From the IMG/VR virus record IMGVR_UViG_3300048849_000043, positions 1 through 49,155 of that record: a DNA stretch of 49,155 nucleotides; one strand, written 5' to 3'. The notes beneath the pieces were generated by a model. That model saw only the letters and a program-made list of their open reading frames with translations, had not been told where the DNA came from and searched no databases. This DNA comes from a virus. Lineage: Duplodnaviria; Caudoviricetes. Position 1 is the first letter of the stretch. Each line of letters opens with the position of its first letter. Both the position numbers and the translations under genes were made by a program. Shown here piece by piece: positions 1 through 8,899 of the stretch.

Positions 1-127
1 CGGGTGGGTGTCGGTGTCGAGCTGGTCGAAGACGTAGGCGAGGAGCCGAGCCGCTTCTGCTTTGTGGCCGGCGTCGATCTTCACGTCCGCTTCATGCTCC
101 GCAGCTTCGAACTGCTGCTCCCACCCC
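1..127. repeat. Terminal direct repeat, left copy (probable circular-assembly overlap)
   Basis: Bases 1-127 (cgggtgggtg...ctcccacccc) are identical to 49029-49155. 127 is a common assembler k-mer size, and a CDS reads through the junction. Confidence 0.95.
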
Positions 128-294
128 TGCAACGACGCCGATGGGGACATCGCTTGCATGGCGTCCCCACCAGGCATGTCCCGGTCGGAAGCCTTGTACG
201 TGGCCTCGATGACGAACTGGGTGTAGCAGGCGACGATCTTCGTGAGCTCCCCACCAAGATCAGCGTGGGTGGGGGGTGGCTTCTGGTCGTTCAC
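1..294 (-). CDS. N-terminal part of a junction-spanning protein (continues at 49155 down to 48162; about 386 aa); putative HTH/Zn-finger regulator
   Basis: GTG at 294 overlaps the TGA of the 291-539 ORF (GTGA). It reads MNDQKPPPTH...EHEADVKIDAGHK in frame with the 48162-49112 ORF. Confidence 0.8.
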   Translation of the reverse strand, partial: MNDQKPPPTHADLGGELTKIVACYTQFVIEATYKASDRDMPGGDAMQAMSPSASLQGWEQQFEAAEHEADVKIDAGHKAEAARLLAYVFDQLDTDTHP

Positions 295-539
295 TGGTTC
301 CCTCGTCCCGTGGTCGTCCCGTTCTGGTTCGGTCTGGTCGTGACGGACTCAGCCCAACCGGCGAAGTCCATCGGCGTGGGTGTGGTCTCGGTGATCGTCG
401 TGCGGGCTTCGCCGCGTTCGATCCGTTCGACGATCGCTGCAGCTCGTTCCTCCGTGGTGGGAGTTGACGGTCCTTCGGGGTGGCAGTGCTCGCAGGACGA
501 CGGGGCTAGCAGGGAGTAGTCGCACAGTTCGGTGCTCAT
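291..539 (-). CDS. Hypothetical protein, Cys/His-rich N-terminus
   Basis: Overlaps both neighbours by 4 bp; CDYSLL...CEHCH. Confidence 0.65.
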   Translation of the reverse strand: MSTELCDYSLLAPSSCEHCHPEGPSTPTTEERAAAIVERIERGEARTTITETTPTPMDFAGWAESVTTRPNQNGTTTGRGNQ

Positions 540-1000
540 TCGGTGATTCCTTCCGGACTGATGCCGTGGGCGACGTCCCAGGCTTCGGTGAGTCGGTGGG
601 TGTCGGCCATGAACGTGGCGAAGTGGTCGACCATCAGCTCGGTCTCACGCTTGTAGCGACGTTTGAACGCGTCGAACTCGTGGTCGTGCATCAGGTCCTG
701 CGTGTCGTCGATCTCGGCGTCGATGCGGGCGTGGACGAGGTGGAGGACCTCATGTGTGATCGTGTTGCGGCGGACGTCGGTGCTGAGGTCCATCCATCCG
801 TCGCTGAGGAAGACCTTCGCGACGTAGCGGCCGGTGACCGATTCGACGGATGCGTAGGCGTCCTCGTCGCAGGGGTCCTGCTGGATGAGGACGACCCACT
901 GAGCCATCCCCAACGTCTTCATCACCGTGGTGGCGTACTGCAGAACTGCGTCAGCCTCAGCGTCGGTGACGTGATGCCCGAGGTGGGCTGGTGTGGTCAC
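536..1000 (-). CDS. HEXXH zincin-like phage protein
   Basis: NTITHEVLHL motif; coupled by 4-bp overlaps. Confidence 0.6.
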   Translation of the reverse strand: MTTPAHLGHHVTDAEADAVLQYATTVMKTLGMAQWVVLIQQDPCDEDAYASVESVTGRYVAKVFLSDGWMDLSTDVRRNTITHEVLHLVHARIDAEIDDTQDLMHDHEFDAFKRRYKRETELMVDHFATFMADTHRLTEAWDVAHGISPEGITE

Positions 1001-1410
1001 TCGTCATCCGTTCCGGTCACGATGCCGATGATCTGGGCGTCGGGGCGCATCATCTTCAGCTCGGTGATCGGGTCGATCGGTGTGTGGTCCTCAGGTGGCA
1101 GCGGTGTCACCTCGCGGGTCTCTCCGAAGCGGTCGACCTGCTCAGCCACCCAGCCGAAGACGATCGTCTCGGCCTGGTCCCGTCGGATGGTCGTCCAGTC
1201 GGGGACCGTGATGGCCGCGAGGTCCGGGTGCTGTGCGCGGAGGTTGTCCTCGCACTCACGGGAAGCGCGCGGCAGTTGGTGGGTCATCAACGCCTCGCCG
1301 GTCATCCAGTCGAGGAGTTCGTGTACGCCGGCGACCATGCGGGGGCTGACGAGGCATCCGGTGGTGACGCTGAGGATGTCGCCGATGTGGAACGTTTTGG
1401 TGGTGGTCAT
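997..1410 (-). CDS. Conserved-type hypothetical phage protein (MTTTKTFHIGDILSVTTG...)
   Basis: ATG at 1410 has an AAGGAG RBS; ATGA overlap with the HNH gene. Confidence 0.7.
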   Translation of the reverse strand: MTTTKTFHIGDILSVTTGCLVSPRMVAGVHELLDWMTGEALMTHQLPRASRECEDNLRAQHPDLAAITVPDWTTIRRDQAETIVFGWVAEQVDRFGETREVTPLPPEDHTPIDPITELKMMRPDAQIIGIVTGTDDE

Positions 1411-1748
1411 GCTGCTCCTTCGGTGGGGATGTAGTTGCCGTAGTCGTCGAGGAGGACGACGCCGGTCGTGAGAGTGATCGGGATGTCCGCTGGAGTGGCC
1501 CACTGCGAGACGATCAGGCCCAGCTCGCGCGCCTCAGCGACATGGCCGTGCACCCAGCCGTGGCAGCCCGTCGAACCCGAGCCACACAGCAAGACGAGGT
1601 TGGCCGGCATGTTCGTGTCCGGCCGCTTCACCCGCTTCGACCGCCGGTGATGACGCGAGCCGCCCTGCGCGTGCCGTCCGCACATCTCGCAGCACTCACC
1701 AGCGCGACCGTCGACGAGGCGGCAGATCTCCGGTGCGATCGTGGCCAT
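1407..1748 (-). CDS. HNH endonuclease
   Basis: CEMCG...HHRR...NLVLLCGSGSTGCHGWVH. Confidence 0.85.
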   Translation of the reverse strand: MATIAPEICRLVDGRAGECCEMCGRHAQGGSRHHRRSKRVKRPDTNMPANLVLLCGSGSTGCHGWVHGHVAEARELGLIVSQWATPADIPITLTTGVVLLDDYGNYIPTEGAA

Positions 1749-2113
1749 CAGCTGGCCTTCGCTTCCCGGTACAGGCCGTCGAGCTGTTCAGCCAGCTTCC
1801 CGATGACGGTGATCGTGCGGCACGGGAACAGGACGTTGCATTCCGGGCAGTAGAACCGTTCCGACCGTGGGCCGGAAGTGCCGCGGCGGAGCACCTTGTG
1901 GTGCAGTTCCGAGACACGTGCCAGATCAAGTCGCCGTGCACGGATGTGCGCCAGGTCAGTCGTGGCCTTCTCCTCACGGAGTCGCGCGTTCTCCCCGGCC
2001 AGCGCAGGCCACGCGGTACGTGCCTTCTCCAGGCGGGCGGTGGTGTCCGCCAGCTGCTGCTCGAGCGCAGCGGTCTTCTTCGCGTACTGGCGGCGCGCCT
2101 TCGATGTCCTCAT
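1748..2113 (-). CDS. Hypothetical coiled-coil protein with C-terminal Zn-binding motif
   Basis: ATG at 2113 (MRTSKARRQ); LH...CPEC...FPC. Confidence 0.65.
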   Translation of the reverse strand: MRTSKARRQYAKKTAALEQQLADTTARLEKARTAWPALAGENARLREEKATTDLAHIRARRLDLARVSELHHKVLRRGTSGPRSERFYCPECNVLFPCRTITVIGKLAEQLDGLYREAKAS

Positions 2114-2706
2114 CGGATATGCCCCTCTTGGCGAGCGGTGACGAGGGATCGTTCGGTGGTGTGAGACGCGCGGAGCAATGCTCCGATGAGGCCGGCAGGC
2201 ATCGGCTCGGGGTTGAGGTTTGGCGTCGGCTTCACGAGCGCGCGGAGCTTCGAGCCGGACTTGGCCATCAGCCCCCAACCGTCGGGCAGGTCGTCGCGGA
2301 CGATCGCCTTGTCGGAGACGACGAGCCACCAGAAGTGCATGTGTCGGCGGAACGTCTCGGCCTTCGACGGGTCGCGCAGCTCAGCGAGCCAGTCCGATCG
2401 GGAGACCTTGACCTCGTGGCCATGGAAGACGGGTGCCTTGATCGACCAGTGCTTGGGCGACGAGTACGACACCTCAGGGCCGCTTGTTGTTGAGTGCATG
2501 TCGACGGCGATGAAGTCGCAGATGCGCGTGCGGCTCCATCCGAGGCCGATCGGGACATGCTCGGCCCGGAAGAACTTCGGCCCTACCCAGTTGCCGTTCC
2601 TGATCTGAGCGGCGTACCGGACGTTGAGTCGGTCGAGCATCGTCCGTTCGGTCTCACGCGGTTCGGCCCGCCTCTCGCCACCAAACAGATCCATGACGGC
2701 GTTCAC
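2110..2706 (-). CDS. MmcB-like PD-(D/E)xK DNA repair endonuclease
   Basis: CDFIAVD...HGHEVKVSRSDWLAEL...ELP-like DLPDGWGL motifs; GTG at 2706 overlaps the upstream stop. Confidence 0.75.
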   Translation of the reverse strand: MNAVMDLFGGERRAEPRETERTMLDRLNVRYAAQIRNGNWVGPKFFRAEHVPIGLGWSRTRICDFIAVDMHSTTSGPEVSYSSPKHWSIKAPVFHGHEVKVSRSDWLAELRDPSKAETFRRHMHFWWLVVSDKAIVRDDLPDGWGLMAKSGSKLRALVKPTPNLNPEPMPAGLIGALLRASHTTERSLVTARQEGHIR

Positions 2707-3224
2707 CGGTACTCCGCGATGAGCGCAAGGTGGCAAGCGCGGACCGTCGCAACATCACCAGCGGCCGTGTGGTCAGGTATGGGGATGTCGTGGCCCCTGT
2801 CCTGCAGGTCCGCAGTGATCCTGTTCAGGCCCTTCGGGACGTCGTAGCCGAGAGCGCCCATGGCGTAGACCTCGACGTCGAGCATCCGGTAGTGCCACGG
2901 CGGTTCGTGGTGTCTGCTCGCCCACAGGGCGTGCTGCAACATGCCGGCGTCGAATGATGGGTTCGCGCCGGTGAGAGTGGCCCCGTTCAACGCTTCGCGC
3001 ATCTGCTCGTCGAAGACGTTGACGTCGTACATGTCGCCGGGGTTCTTGTAGCGGTCGTGGAAGCCGCCGACACGCAGGGCGTCAGGGTTCGCAGCACCGA
3101 ACCGGTGGAGTGGGAGGAACGTCGAGTGGATCGGCCCGTCGTCGACGGCGTAGGCGATCTCCCACGGCTCGTGCACGGTCGGATCAAGGCCAGTTGTTTC
3201 ACAATCGAGGTAGACGATCGTCAC
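2703..3224 (-). CDS. DnaQ-like DEDDh 3'-5' exonuclease
   Basis: YLDCETTGL (ExoI), GANPSFD (ExoII), HTAAGD (ExoIII). Confidence 0.9.
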   Translation of the reverse strand: MTIVYLDCETTGLDPTVHEPWEIAYAVDDGPIHSTFLPLHRFGAANPDALRVGGFHDRYKNPGDMYDVNVFDEQMREALNGATLTGANPSFDAGMLQHALWASRHHEPPWHYRMLDVEVYAMGALGYDVPKGLNRITADLQDRGHDIPIPDHTAAGDVATVRACHLALIAEYR

Positions 3225-3877
3225 GACGTGGGTCCTGTCAGCTGGGTGCGGAGGTGCTCGATCGCCTGGTCTGGGCTGCTGTCTCGCCAGTCCGGCCAGA
3301 CACGGGCGCGGTTCTTCGCGTACTTGGCGGTGAGCGCGGCGACGATGTCCTCCGGTTCGTGGCCAGCACGCCATGCCCCGTCGAGCGCGAGGATGACGAC
3401 GTCGACCCATTCGGTGACGTCCGTGGGGTCTTCCTCAACCTCGACGAGTTCCTTGCGGATGTGGGCGAGGATCCCGTGCAGGCGGCTGCTCGGGCCGAAG
3501 GTCTCGCGAGACCACTCGCGTTGAGCTCGGAGCATCGCTGCCAGGTCGTCGGCCTGGAAGTACACGGTGATGCCGAGGCCCTGGGCGATCCGCAGCTCCT
3601 CGGATGCGCCCTTGGACTTCTCCCACCCGCGCATCATGTAGATCCCTTGGCAGTGGACGAGGAGCTCGATGTCGTGGCGCATGTAGCACTGCCACGTGTG
3701 ACCGCTGTCGAGGAGTTCGCCGGGGTAGAGGCAGGGGTTTCCTGCGCATGCGCCGATGTCGACGGGGTTCACGGGGTGTGCGCCCCAGAGCGCGACTTCC
3801 GCAGCTGCGGCCGCGAACTTCTCGACGAAGTCGGGGACGTCTTTGATGCCGCCGGAGATGTAGATGGTGTCGGTCAT
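3221..3877 (-). CDS. DUF4406 (NDT-like) fused to DUF550 (MazZ-like dNTP pyrophosphohydrolase)
   Basis: N-half IYISGGI...NP...YMRHDI...GWEKSKGASEE; C-half WSRETFGP...HIRKELVEV...EWVDVVILALDGAWRAG. Confidence 0.8.
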   Translation of the reverse strand: MTDTIYISGGIKDVPDFVEKFAAAAAEVALWGAHPVNPVDIGACAGNPCLYPGELLDSGHTWQCYMRHDIELLVHCQGIYMMRGWEKSKGASEELRIAQGLGITVYFQADDLAAMLRAQREWSRETFGPSSRLHGILAHIRKELVEVEEDPTDVTEWVDVVILALDGAWRAGHEPEDIVAALTAKYAKNRARVWPDWRDSSPDQAIEHLRTQLTGPTS

Positions 3878-4698
3878 GCTGTGTCCTTTCGTGGGCAGAA
3901 CTCGGGTTCGGTGATGGCTTTGGAATCGCAGGCGGCGATCGTGAGGTGGCACTCAGGGCAGATGGGCTCGACAAGAGCGAGGCCGGCGCCGGGTGCGCTG
4001 AGCGCACGCCACTTCGTGAGGAACGCGGACACGAAGGACGGGACGGGGTTGAACGACGACTGCAGGGCGTTGTCGATGAGTCGTCTGTCGCCGTGGAGGA
4101 GGATCAGGTCGCGGAGTTCGTCGAGCTTCTTCTGGTCGACCTCGAATGAGATGTCACGGAACGCGGGGACGGATCTGAACTTGTCCGCGAACACGCGCAC
4201 TTCGCCCGTCAGGGCTGGCCCGCCGCCGCGTGATGCGGCGGCAGCCGTATCTTCACTTTGCTTTGCTTTACTTGGGTCTGTGACATCAGTCGGACGGTCA
4301 CGTGATGTGTCACGTGACGTTTCTTGTGACTGACGGTCGCGCTCTCTCTTCGCCCGCTGCCGCGCCGCGTCCTGATCTCGCTTGTTCTGGAGGGTGATCA
4401 GTTCTTCCTGGATGCGTTCAAAGTTCCGGATGATGTAGCCGCCGTCGGCCTTTTCCCACGGTCCCTGCTTGTCGCGGATGCGGCGGCAGAGGCTGTTGGC
4501 GACTTTCACCGCTGCGGCCTGATTGGTCTTCCTGGTGAGCTCGAGGAGTTTCGTCGTGGGGATGAAGCCCTTCGTCTTGGCGCGTCCAGACCACGCCATG
4601 CCGCGGGTGAACATGACCTCAGCGGAGTCATCCAGGGCTGCGAGGGCGACGTCGTCGTAGTAGGAGAAGAAGAGCTTCACGTAGGGGTCCTGGGCCAT
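3874..4698 (-). CDS. Putative replication initiator (wHTH plus low-complexity linker)
   Basis: MAQDPYVKL...TKGFIP...W..ADGGYII; RQRAKRER followed by an SRDTSRD linker typical of phage Rep proteins. Confidence 0.65.
   Translation of the reverse strand: MAQDPYVKLFFSYYDDVALAALDDSAEVMFTRGMAWSGRAKTKGFIPTTKLLELTRKTNQAAAVKVANSLCRRIRDKQGPWEKADGGYIIRNFERIQEELITLQNKRDQDAARQRAKRERDRQSQETSRDTSRDRPTDVTDPSKAKQSEDTAAAASRGGGPALTGEVRVFADKFRSVPAFRDISFEVDQKKLDELRDLILLHGDRRLIDNALQSSFNPVPSFVSAFLTKWRALSAPGAGLALVEPICPECHLTIAACDSKAITEPEFCPRKDTA
4249..4335. promoter_or_regulatory. Candidate replication origin inside the rep gene
   Basis: GTCACGTGA(C) palindromes at 4297 and 4309, plus GTGAC half-sites next to an AT-rich CTTTG-repeat tract. 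Confidence 0.4.
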
Positions 4699-4973
4699 CA
4701 GTCGGACACCCCGCAGTGGTGGATGGTGTGCCACGGGAAGTCCTCGGCCTGACCGACGTCACGTTGGGTGACGGCGCGCATGTCGAGGGACTCGCGCATG
4801 TGGGGGAGCCGGTAGGCGTAGATGCCGTCGACGATCCGGATGGTGGTCGCGTCACGGACCTTGTCCGGGTTCACCGGGTCCGCGTCAAGGACAGCCCACC
4901 AGGTGGTGTTCTCTGCCTTGCGCGCCAGAACGATCAGGTTCCCGCAACCGCGGCCGCACAGTTTCGCCTTCAT
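4698..4973 (-). CDS. Hypothetical protein with CGRGCG Zn motif
   Basis: ATG at 4973; coupled to both neighbours. Confidence 0.6.
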   Translation of the reverse strand: MKAKLCGRGCGNLIVLARKAENTTWWAVLDADPVNPDKVRDATTIRIVDGIYAYRLPHMRESLDMRAVTQRDVGQAEDFPWHTIHHCGVSD

Positions 4974-5782
4974 GCGGCGTCCCCCTGCCAGGCGTACCGG
5001 CCGACACGCCACCCGGTGCGATCCTCGAGCTCGCGGAACGGCAGACCGCGGGACGCCCACAACGTGGTGGCGGCGATCTTCTCGGCCTTCGAAAGCTTCA
5101 CCGTCCGGTCACCTTCGAGGGCCCGTTCGATCGCGACTTCGTCGAGTTCGGTGTCCTTGGCGAGGACGGTGGGGGAGTCGTCGTGGTCGATGTCGTCCCA
5201 CGCCATGGGTGACGCCCACCCGTGTTCGGCGGCAGTGCGGCGTGCAGCTGCCGACGTGGTCGGCTTGTCCAGCGGGGTCATGTGAAGGCGGTCATATGCC
5301 TCCACGACACGGACCGCGAAGTCGTATCTGATGAAGGACGGCAGGTCCTTGCGGATCAGGTTCAGGGTCGACGGGTGGCAGCCGATGATCTTCGCGATCG
5401 ACGGGCACGAGTACCCGATGACTGCGAGGGCTTGGAGGCGTCGTTGGACGCCGATCGTGGTGAACAGGATCTTCGCGGAAAGGATCTTCTGCTGCGTGGA
5501 GCGCAGGACGATCGTGTCCGGGCCGCGGGCATGGAGACGCACCAGCATGTTCAGGTTCACCCCGGTGGCCCGGTGCAACTGGGTGCGGGTCGACGCGTCG
5601 ATGACGTCCCACGCTTCCTGACCCAACGGGATCCTGAGACGGATCCCTTGGTTGAGGCGGTGCTTCGCGGCCTTGCAGTGCTTGTAATGCGCTTCGACGC
5701 ACGGGTCGCACAACGGTTCGTCGTCTTTGCGGTGCTGCAGGGCGCCGGCGTAGGAACCATGGCGCAGGTCATCGGGTGACAT
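4970..5782 (-). CDS. Multi-HTH DNA-binding protein
   Basis: HG.Y..H....CDPC N-terminus; QRRLQALAVIGYS HTH; WDDID motif. Confidence 0.7.
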   Translation of the reverse strand: MSPDDLRHGSYAGALQHRKDDEPLCDPCVEAHYKHCKAAKHRLNQGIRLRIPLGQEAWDVIDASTRTQLHRATGVNLNMLVRLHARGPDTIVLRSTQQKILSAKILFTTIGVQRRLQALAVIGYSCPSIAKIIGCHPSTLNLIRKDLPSFIRYDFAVRVVEAYDRLHMTPLDKPTTSAAARRTAAEHGWASPMAWDDIDHDDSPTVLAKDTELDEVAIERALEGDRTVKLSKAEKIAATTLWASRGLPFRELEDRTGWRVGRYAWQGDAA

Positions 5783-6077
5783 CAGTCGCCTCCTTGAACT
5801 CGTGGCGTGTGATCGTGGTGAACAGGAACGGATCACCTGCCGGGTCGATGGGGTGGAACTCCCAGTCCTCGCGGAGCTCGATCTCCCACAGGTCGTCATC
5901 GACAGGACCTGCTGACAGGTGGGTGCGGCGGCCGATGGGGCGTTGGAGGATGTCCAATGTGTGGGCTTTCCACGCGTCAGCGGCGGTGCCGTCGCTGACG
6001 TCGGTGGACTGCTGACGGGACAGGATCCGTCCCTCAGCGTCGATCTGGAGGTACTCGAACACAGTCGTGTGGGTCAT
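5769..6077 (-). CDS. Hypothetical protein
   Basis: AAGGAG RBS; ATGA overlap with the MTase gene. Confidence 0.6.
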   Translation of the reverse strand: MTHTTVFEYLQIDAEGRILSRQQSTDVSDGTAADAWKAHTLDILQRPIGRRTHLSAGPVDDDLWEIELREDWEFHPIDPAGDPFLFTTITRHEFKEATDVTR

Positions 6078-6796
6078 GTTGCTGCTCCTTGCCGGGCTAG
6101 CTCTTCGGCAATTTGGATGCGCTCGACGGCGACGTCAGCCCACTGCTTCTCGGTCTCCATCAGCAGCGCGCGCCGGCCCGACAGGACGGCAGCGACACCT
6201 GTTGAACCAACGCCGGCGAAGGCGTCGCCAATCAGGTCGCCCTGGCGGCTGGATGATTCGATCAGCTCGCGGAGTAGCGGCACCGGCTTCTCGGAGGGAT
6301 GCCTGACCTTGCGGCCGGTGGGTCTCGGGAACCGAAGGACAGATCCCTTGCGGAGCCTCGTGGGCAGACCCTCGGTGCCGGACTTGCCAGCGTGACGGTG
6401 CTTTGAGACCACGAAGGAAATCTGCTCGTGTGCGGGAGCCCATGCAGCAGTGACATCGCCGGATCCGAGTGCGACCTTGTCCCAGACCAGCGTGGCCGGC
6501 GCAGAAACTTTCAGTCCAACCAGAACGTCCGGCGGACCAAATACGTACAGATGGCGATTCTGGCCGACCACACGAACACATTCGCGCAGCACCTCAGTGA
6601 TGCCGTCCCGGTCCGTCGCTGAGTCGTTGTCGAGAAGGTCGAACTTCTCCGACCGGCGGTTGCTCTGCCATTCGACCCCATAGGGCGGGTCAGTGAGGAT
6701 CAGATCGACCGACTCCGTAGCAAGTGTCGGCAGCACATCGCGTGCATCATCGAGATAGAGGGTGACCAGGTCCGACTGGTAATAGGGAGTGATCAT
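6074..6796 (-). CDS. DNA amino-methyltransferase (N6-A/N4-C, beta class)
   Basis: TDPPY precedes HPSEKP and DAFAGVGSTG. Confidence 0.92.
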   Translation of the reverse strand: MITPYYQSDLVTLYLDDARDVLPTLATESVDLILTDPPYGVEWQSNRRSEKFDLLDNDSATDRDGITEVLRECVRVVGQNRHLYVFGPPDVLVGLKVSAPATLVWDKVALGSGDVTAAWAPAHEQISFVVSKHRHAGKSGTEGLPTRLRKGSVLRFPRPTGRKVRHPSEKPVPLLRELIESSSRQGDLIGDAFAGVGSTGVAAVLSGRRALLMETEKQWADVAVERIQIAEELARQGAAT

Positions 6797-8493
6797 GCCG
6801 CTGCCGCCGCGATACAAGTGATCAGATCGCGCGCGGCCGGCGGGGTGACGGCGTTGCCGTAACCCTTCACCTGGTCGCGGCGGGACCCAAGGACGATGTA
6901 GTCGCGGTCGAACGCCATCCCGGCGCCGACCTCGTGGGGCTCGAGCATCCTGAACAGGCAGTCGTCGACCTGCGCGGCAGCGGCTTCGATTTCGCCGGGG
7001 GTGATGAGCGACTGGTGGCCGGCCGTCGTGAGGGTGCGGAGGTACGAGCCGGCGGGTGTCGTCATCTCCGCCCCGCCGCCGTTGTTCCGCATGATGAGCG
7101 CGTACCGATCGACGGTCGTCAGGGTGCCGACTGGCTCGTCGACTGTCCGAGCGGTGTCGCTGTTGCCGTAGTAGGGCGCGAGGAGCGCATGGTGGTTGCC
7201 GGACGCGGTGACCGTCGACATGGGGTCTGCGGTCGATCGGGCCGTCGAGCCGCCGCCACGCAGCTCGGCGATGAATGGACGGTGCAGGAGAGCCTTCGTC
7301 GTGTCGTTGGCCGTCAGCGTCGACATCGGTTCGTTGAGATCGCGGGTGCGGTACTCGAAACGCCGGTCAAGCATGAACGCATCACTCGGCGCGACGAGCG
7401 CAGTCGTGTCCCGGGTTGTCATCGTGCGGTGTGGATCCGTCAGCGGGCGGGCGTCGTCGTTCCGCGTTCCGCCGGCGGGCACCGCGAGAGCCTTGGACGC
7501 GGTCGTGTGCAGCGCTGTGAGCACATGGTCATGGGCTGGCCATGTACGGACGCCGGGGCGACGCTCGAAGGTGTTGCCCGCCGCCTCGAGCGTGAACGGA
7601 CGCCAGTAGCGGGCGATGCCGGCCGCGATCCGCGCGCGGGTCTTCTCCGCGAGATCCTTGTCACGATCGCCGATCCGCTTCCCCGGGATGGACCAGTCGA
7701 TCGCGGCGGCCGCGGGGAGGAAGCCAGGCTCGACCTCAGTGCCGCATCCGGGTGTGGCGCACAGGTAGACGTACTGCTGCTTGTACTTCCCGATCGACCG
7801 GTTCGGTTTCCACGCCTGGAACGTCTCAACGACGCGCGCGCACCGGCCGCAGAACCCCTGCGGCCGCATGAACGCGTCCAGGTCGGGGGCGTGCTGATCG
7901 TTGCGCCACGCCACGACGTAGATCCGGTCGCGGGACTGCGGGGCGGGGTCGCCGGCCGCCTGGGCGTGCATGCTGTTGAGCGATACAACGGTGAACTGGT
8001 AGCCGAGGTTCCGGAGGCCGAGCTGCCATGCCTGCCACGGTGCGGCGTATTTCGGGTTCCGTGCGATGTCGACGACGTTCTCGATCACCGCGTACCGGTA
8101 CCTGTGGTGCTCGATGAAGCGAAGGACGTCGAACATCAGCAGTCTGGATCTCGTGGCAGCGTCTTCGTCGAGCTTCAGGTCGTCATCAAGGTCGTCGAAC
8201 AGGGACCAGCCGCCGAGGATCCGCGCGAGGTCGGGCTTCTTCCCGTTGGCCTGGGACCACTGCGTGCATTCAGGGGATGCCCACAGCAGGTCTGTCGAGG
8301 GGAAGTAGCCGGGATCCTCGAGGTGCAGGTCGACGCAGGCGTGATCGGCGGTGGGGTGGTTGCTGTTGTGGACCTCGACGGCGAGCGGCCAGTGGTTCGC
8401 GGCGATGACGAGCTCGATGCCGGGGACCTGCACGGCGCCCGATGAAGCACCGCCGAAGCCAGCGAACAAGTCGGTCAGGGTCAGGGCACTCAT
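6793..8493 (-). CDS. C5-cytosine DNA methyltransferase
   Basis: DLFAGFGG, WASPEC, IENV, QSRDR, GNAV motifs. Confidence 0.95.
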   Translation of the reverse strand: MSALTLTDLFAGFGGASSGAVQVPGIELVIAANHWPLAVEVHNSNHPTADHACVDLHLEDPGYFPSTDLLWASPECTQWSQANGKKPDLARILGGWSLFDDLDDDLKLDEDAATRSRLLMFDVLRFIEHHRYRYAVIENVVDIARNPKYAAPWQAWQLGLRNLGYQFTVVSLNSMHAQAAGDPAPQSRDRIYVVAWRNDQHAPDLDAFMRPQGFCGRCARVVETFQAWKPNRSIGKYKQQYVYLCATPGCGTEVEPGFLPAAAAIDWSIPGKRIGDRDKDLAEKTRARIAAGIARYWRPFTLEAAGNTFERRPGVRTWPAHDHVLTALHTTASKALAVPAGGTRNDDARPLTDPHRTMTTRDTTALVAPSDAFMLDRRFEYRTRDLNEPMSTLTANDTTKALLHRPFIAELRGGGSTARSTADPMSTVTASGNHHALLAPYYGNSDTARTVDEPVGTLTTVDRYALIMRNNGGGAEMTTPAGSYLRTLTTAGHQSLITPGEIEAAAAQVDDCLFRMLEPHEVGAGMAFDRDYIVLGSRRDQVKGYGNAVTPPAARDLITCIAAAAA

Positions 8494-8642
8494 GGAGTCC
8501 CCCGGCCGAAGCGGCGGTTAGGGTGGGCGGCGTTCCATGCGGCGACGTCGCGACGGCGCTTCCGGATCAGAAGCACGGTCAAGACGAGACCGACGAGGAT
8601 CGTGGTCCACTGCGCCGGGTGGGTGGTGATGTGCTCGATCAT
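8490..8642 (-). CDS. Small single-TM membrane protein
   Basis: MIEHITTHPAQWTTILVGLVLTVLLIRKRRR; TGATG coupling. Confidence 0.6.
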   Translation of the reverse strand: MIEHITTHPAQWTTILVGLVLTVLLIRKRRRDVAAWNAAHPNRRFGRGTP

Positions 8643-8899
8643 CAGCGCGCCGTCGCCTTGACTTCGGGTCGGCGGGGGCGCATGACGAACACCGGGCGAT
8701 TGCCATGCTCGACAAGCTCGCCGCTCGTCAGGGGGCTGCATCCGTGTGCGGTCCAACCGCCGGACATGGCGCTGTTGCCGAACCGGTGCTGGCGCATCGC
8801 GCCGACGTCGTCGACAGCGACCGTTCCCTGTGGGAGAGCCGCCAGCACGGCGGGGTCTGAGATCGGTCCTTCCCAACCGGGAAGTGCCCAGGCGCTCAT
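8642..8899 (-). CDS. Hypothetical protein
   Basis: Coupled in the operon. Confidence 0.55.
   Translation of the reverse strand: MSAWALPGWEGPISDPAVLAALPQGTVAVDDVGAMRQHRFGNSAMSGGWTAHGCSPLTSGELVEHGNRPVFVMRPRRPEVKATAR

Noticed and set aside
1-127. Biological direct terminal repeat
   Set aside because: The length matches a common assembly k-mer, it falls mid-gene, and it is far from the terminase/HNH region.
3221-3560. Z-base (2-aminoadenine) genome
   Set aside because: DUF550 is present, but no purZ, datZ or phage polymerase is recognisable.
6074-8493. Complete restriction-modification system
   Set aside because: No cognate endonuclease is adjacent; orphan MTases in early operons are common in phages.
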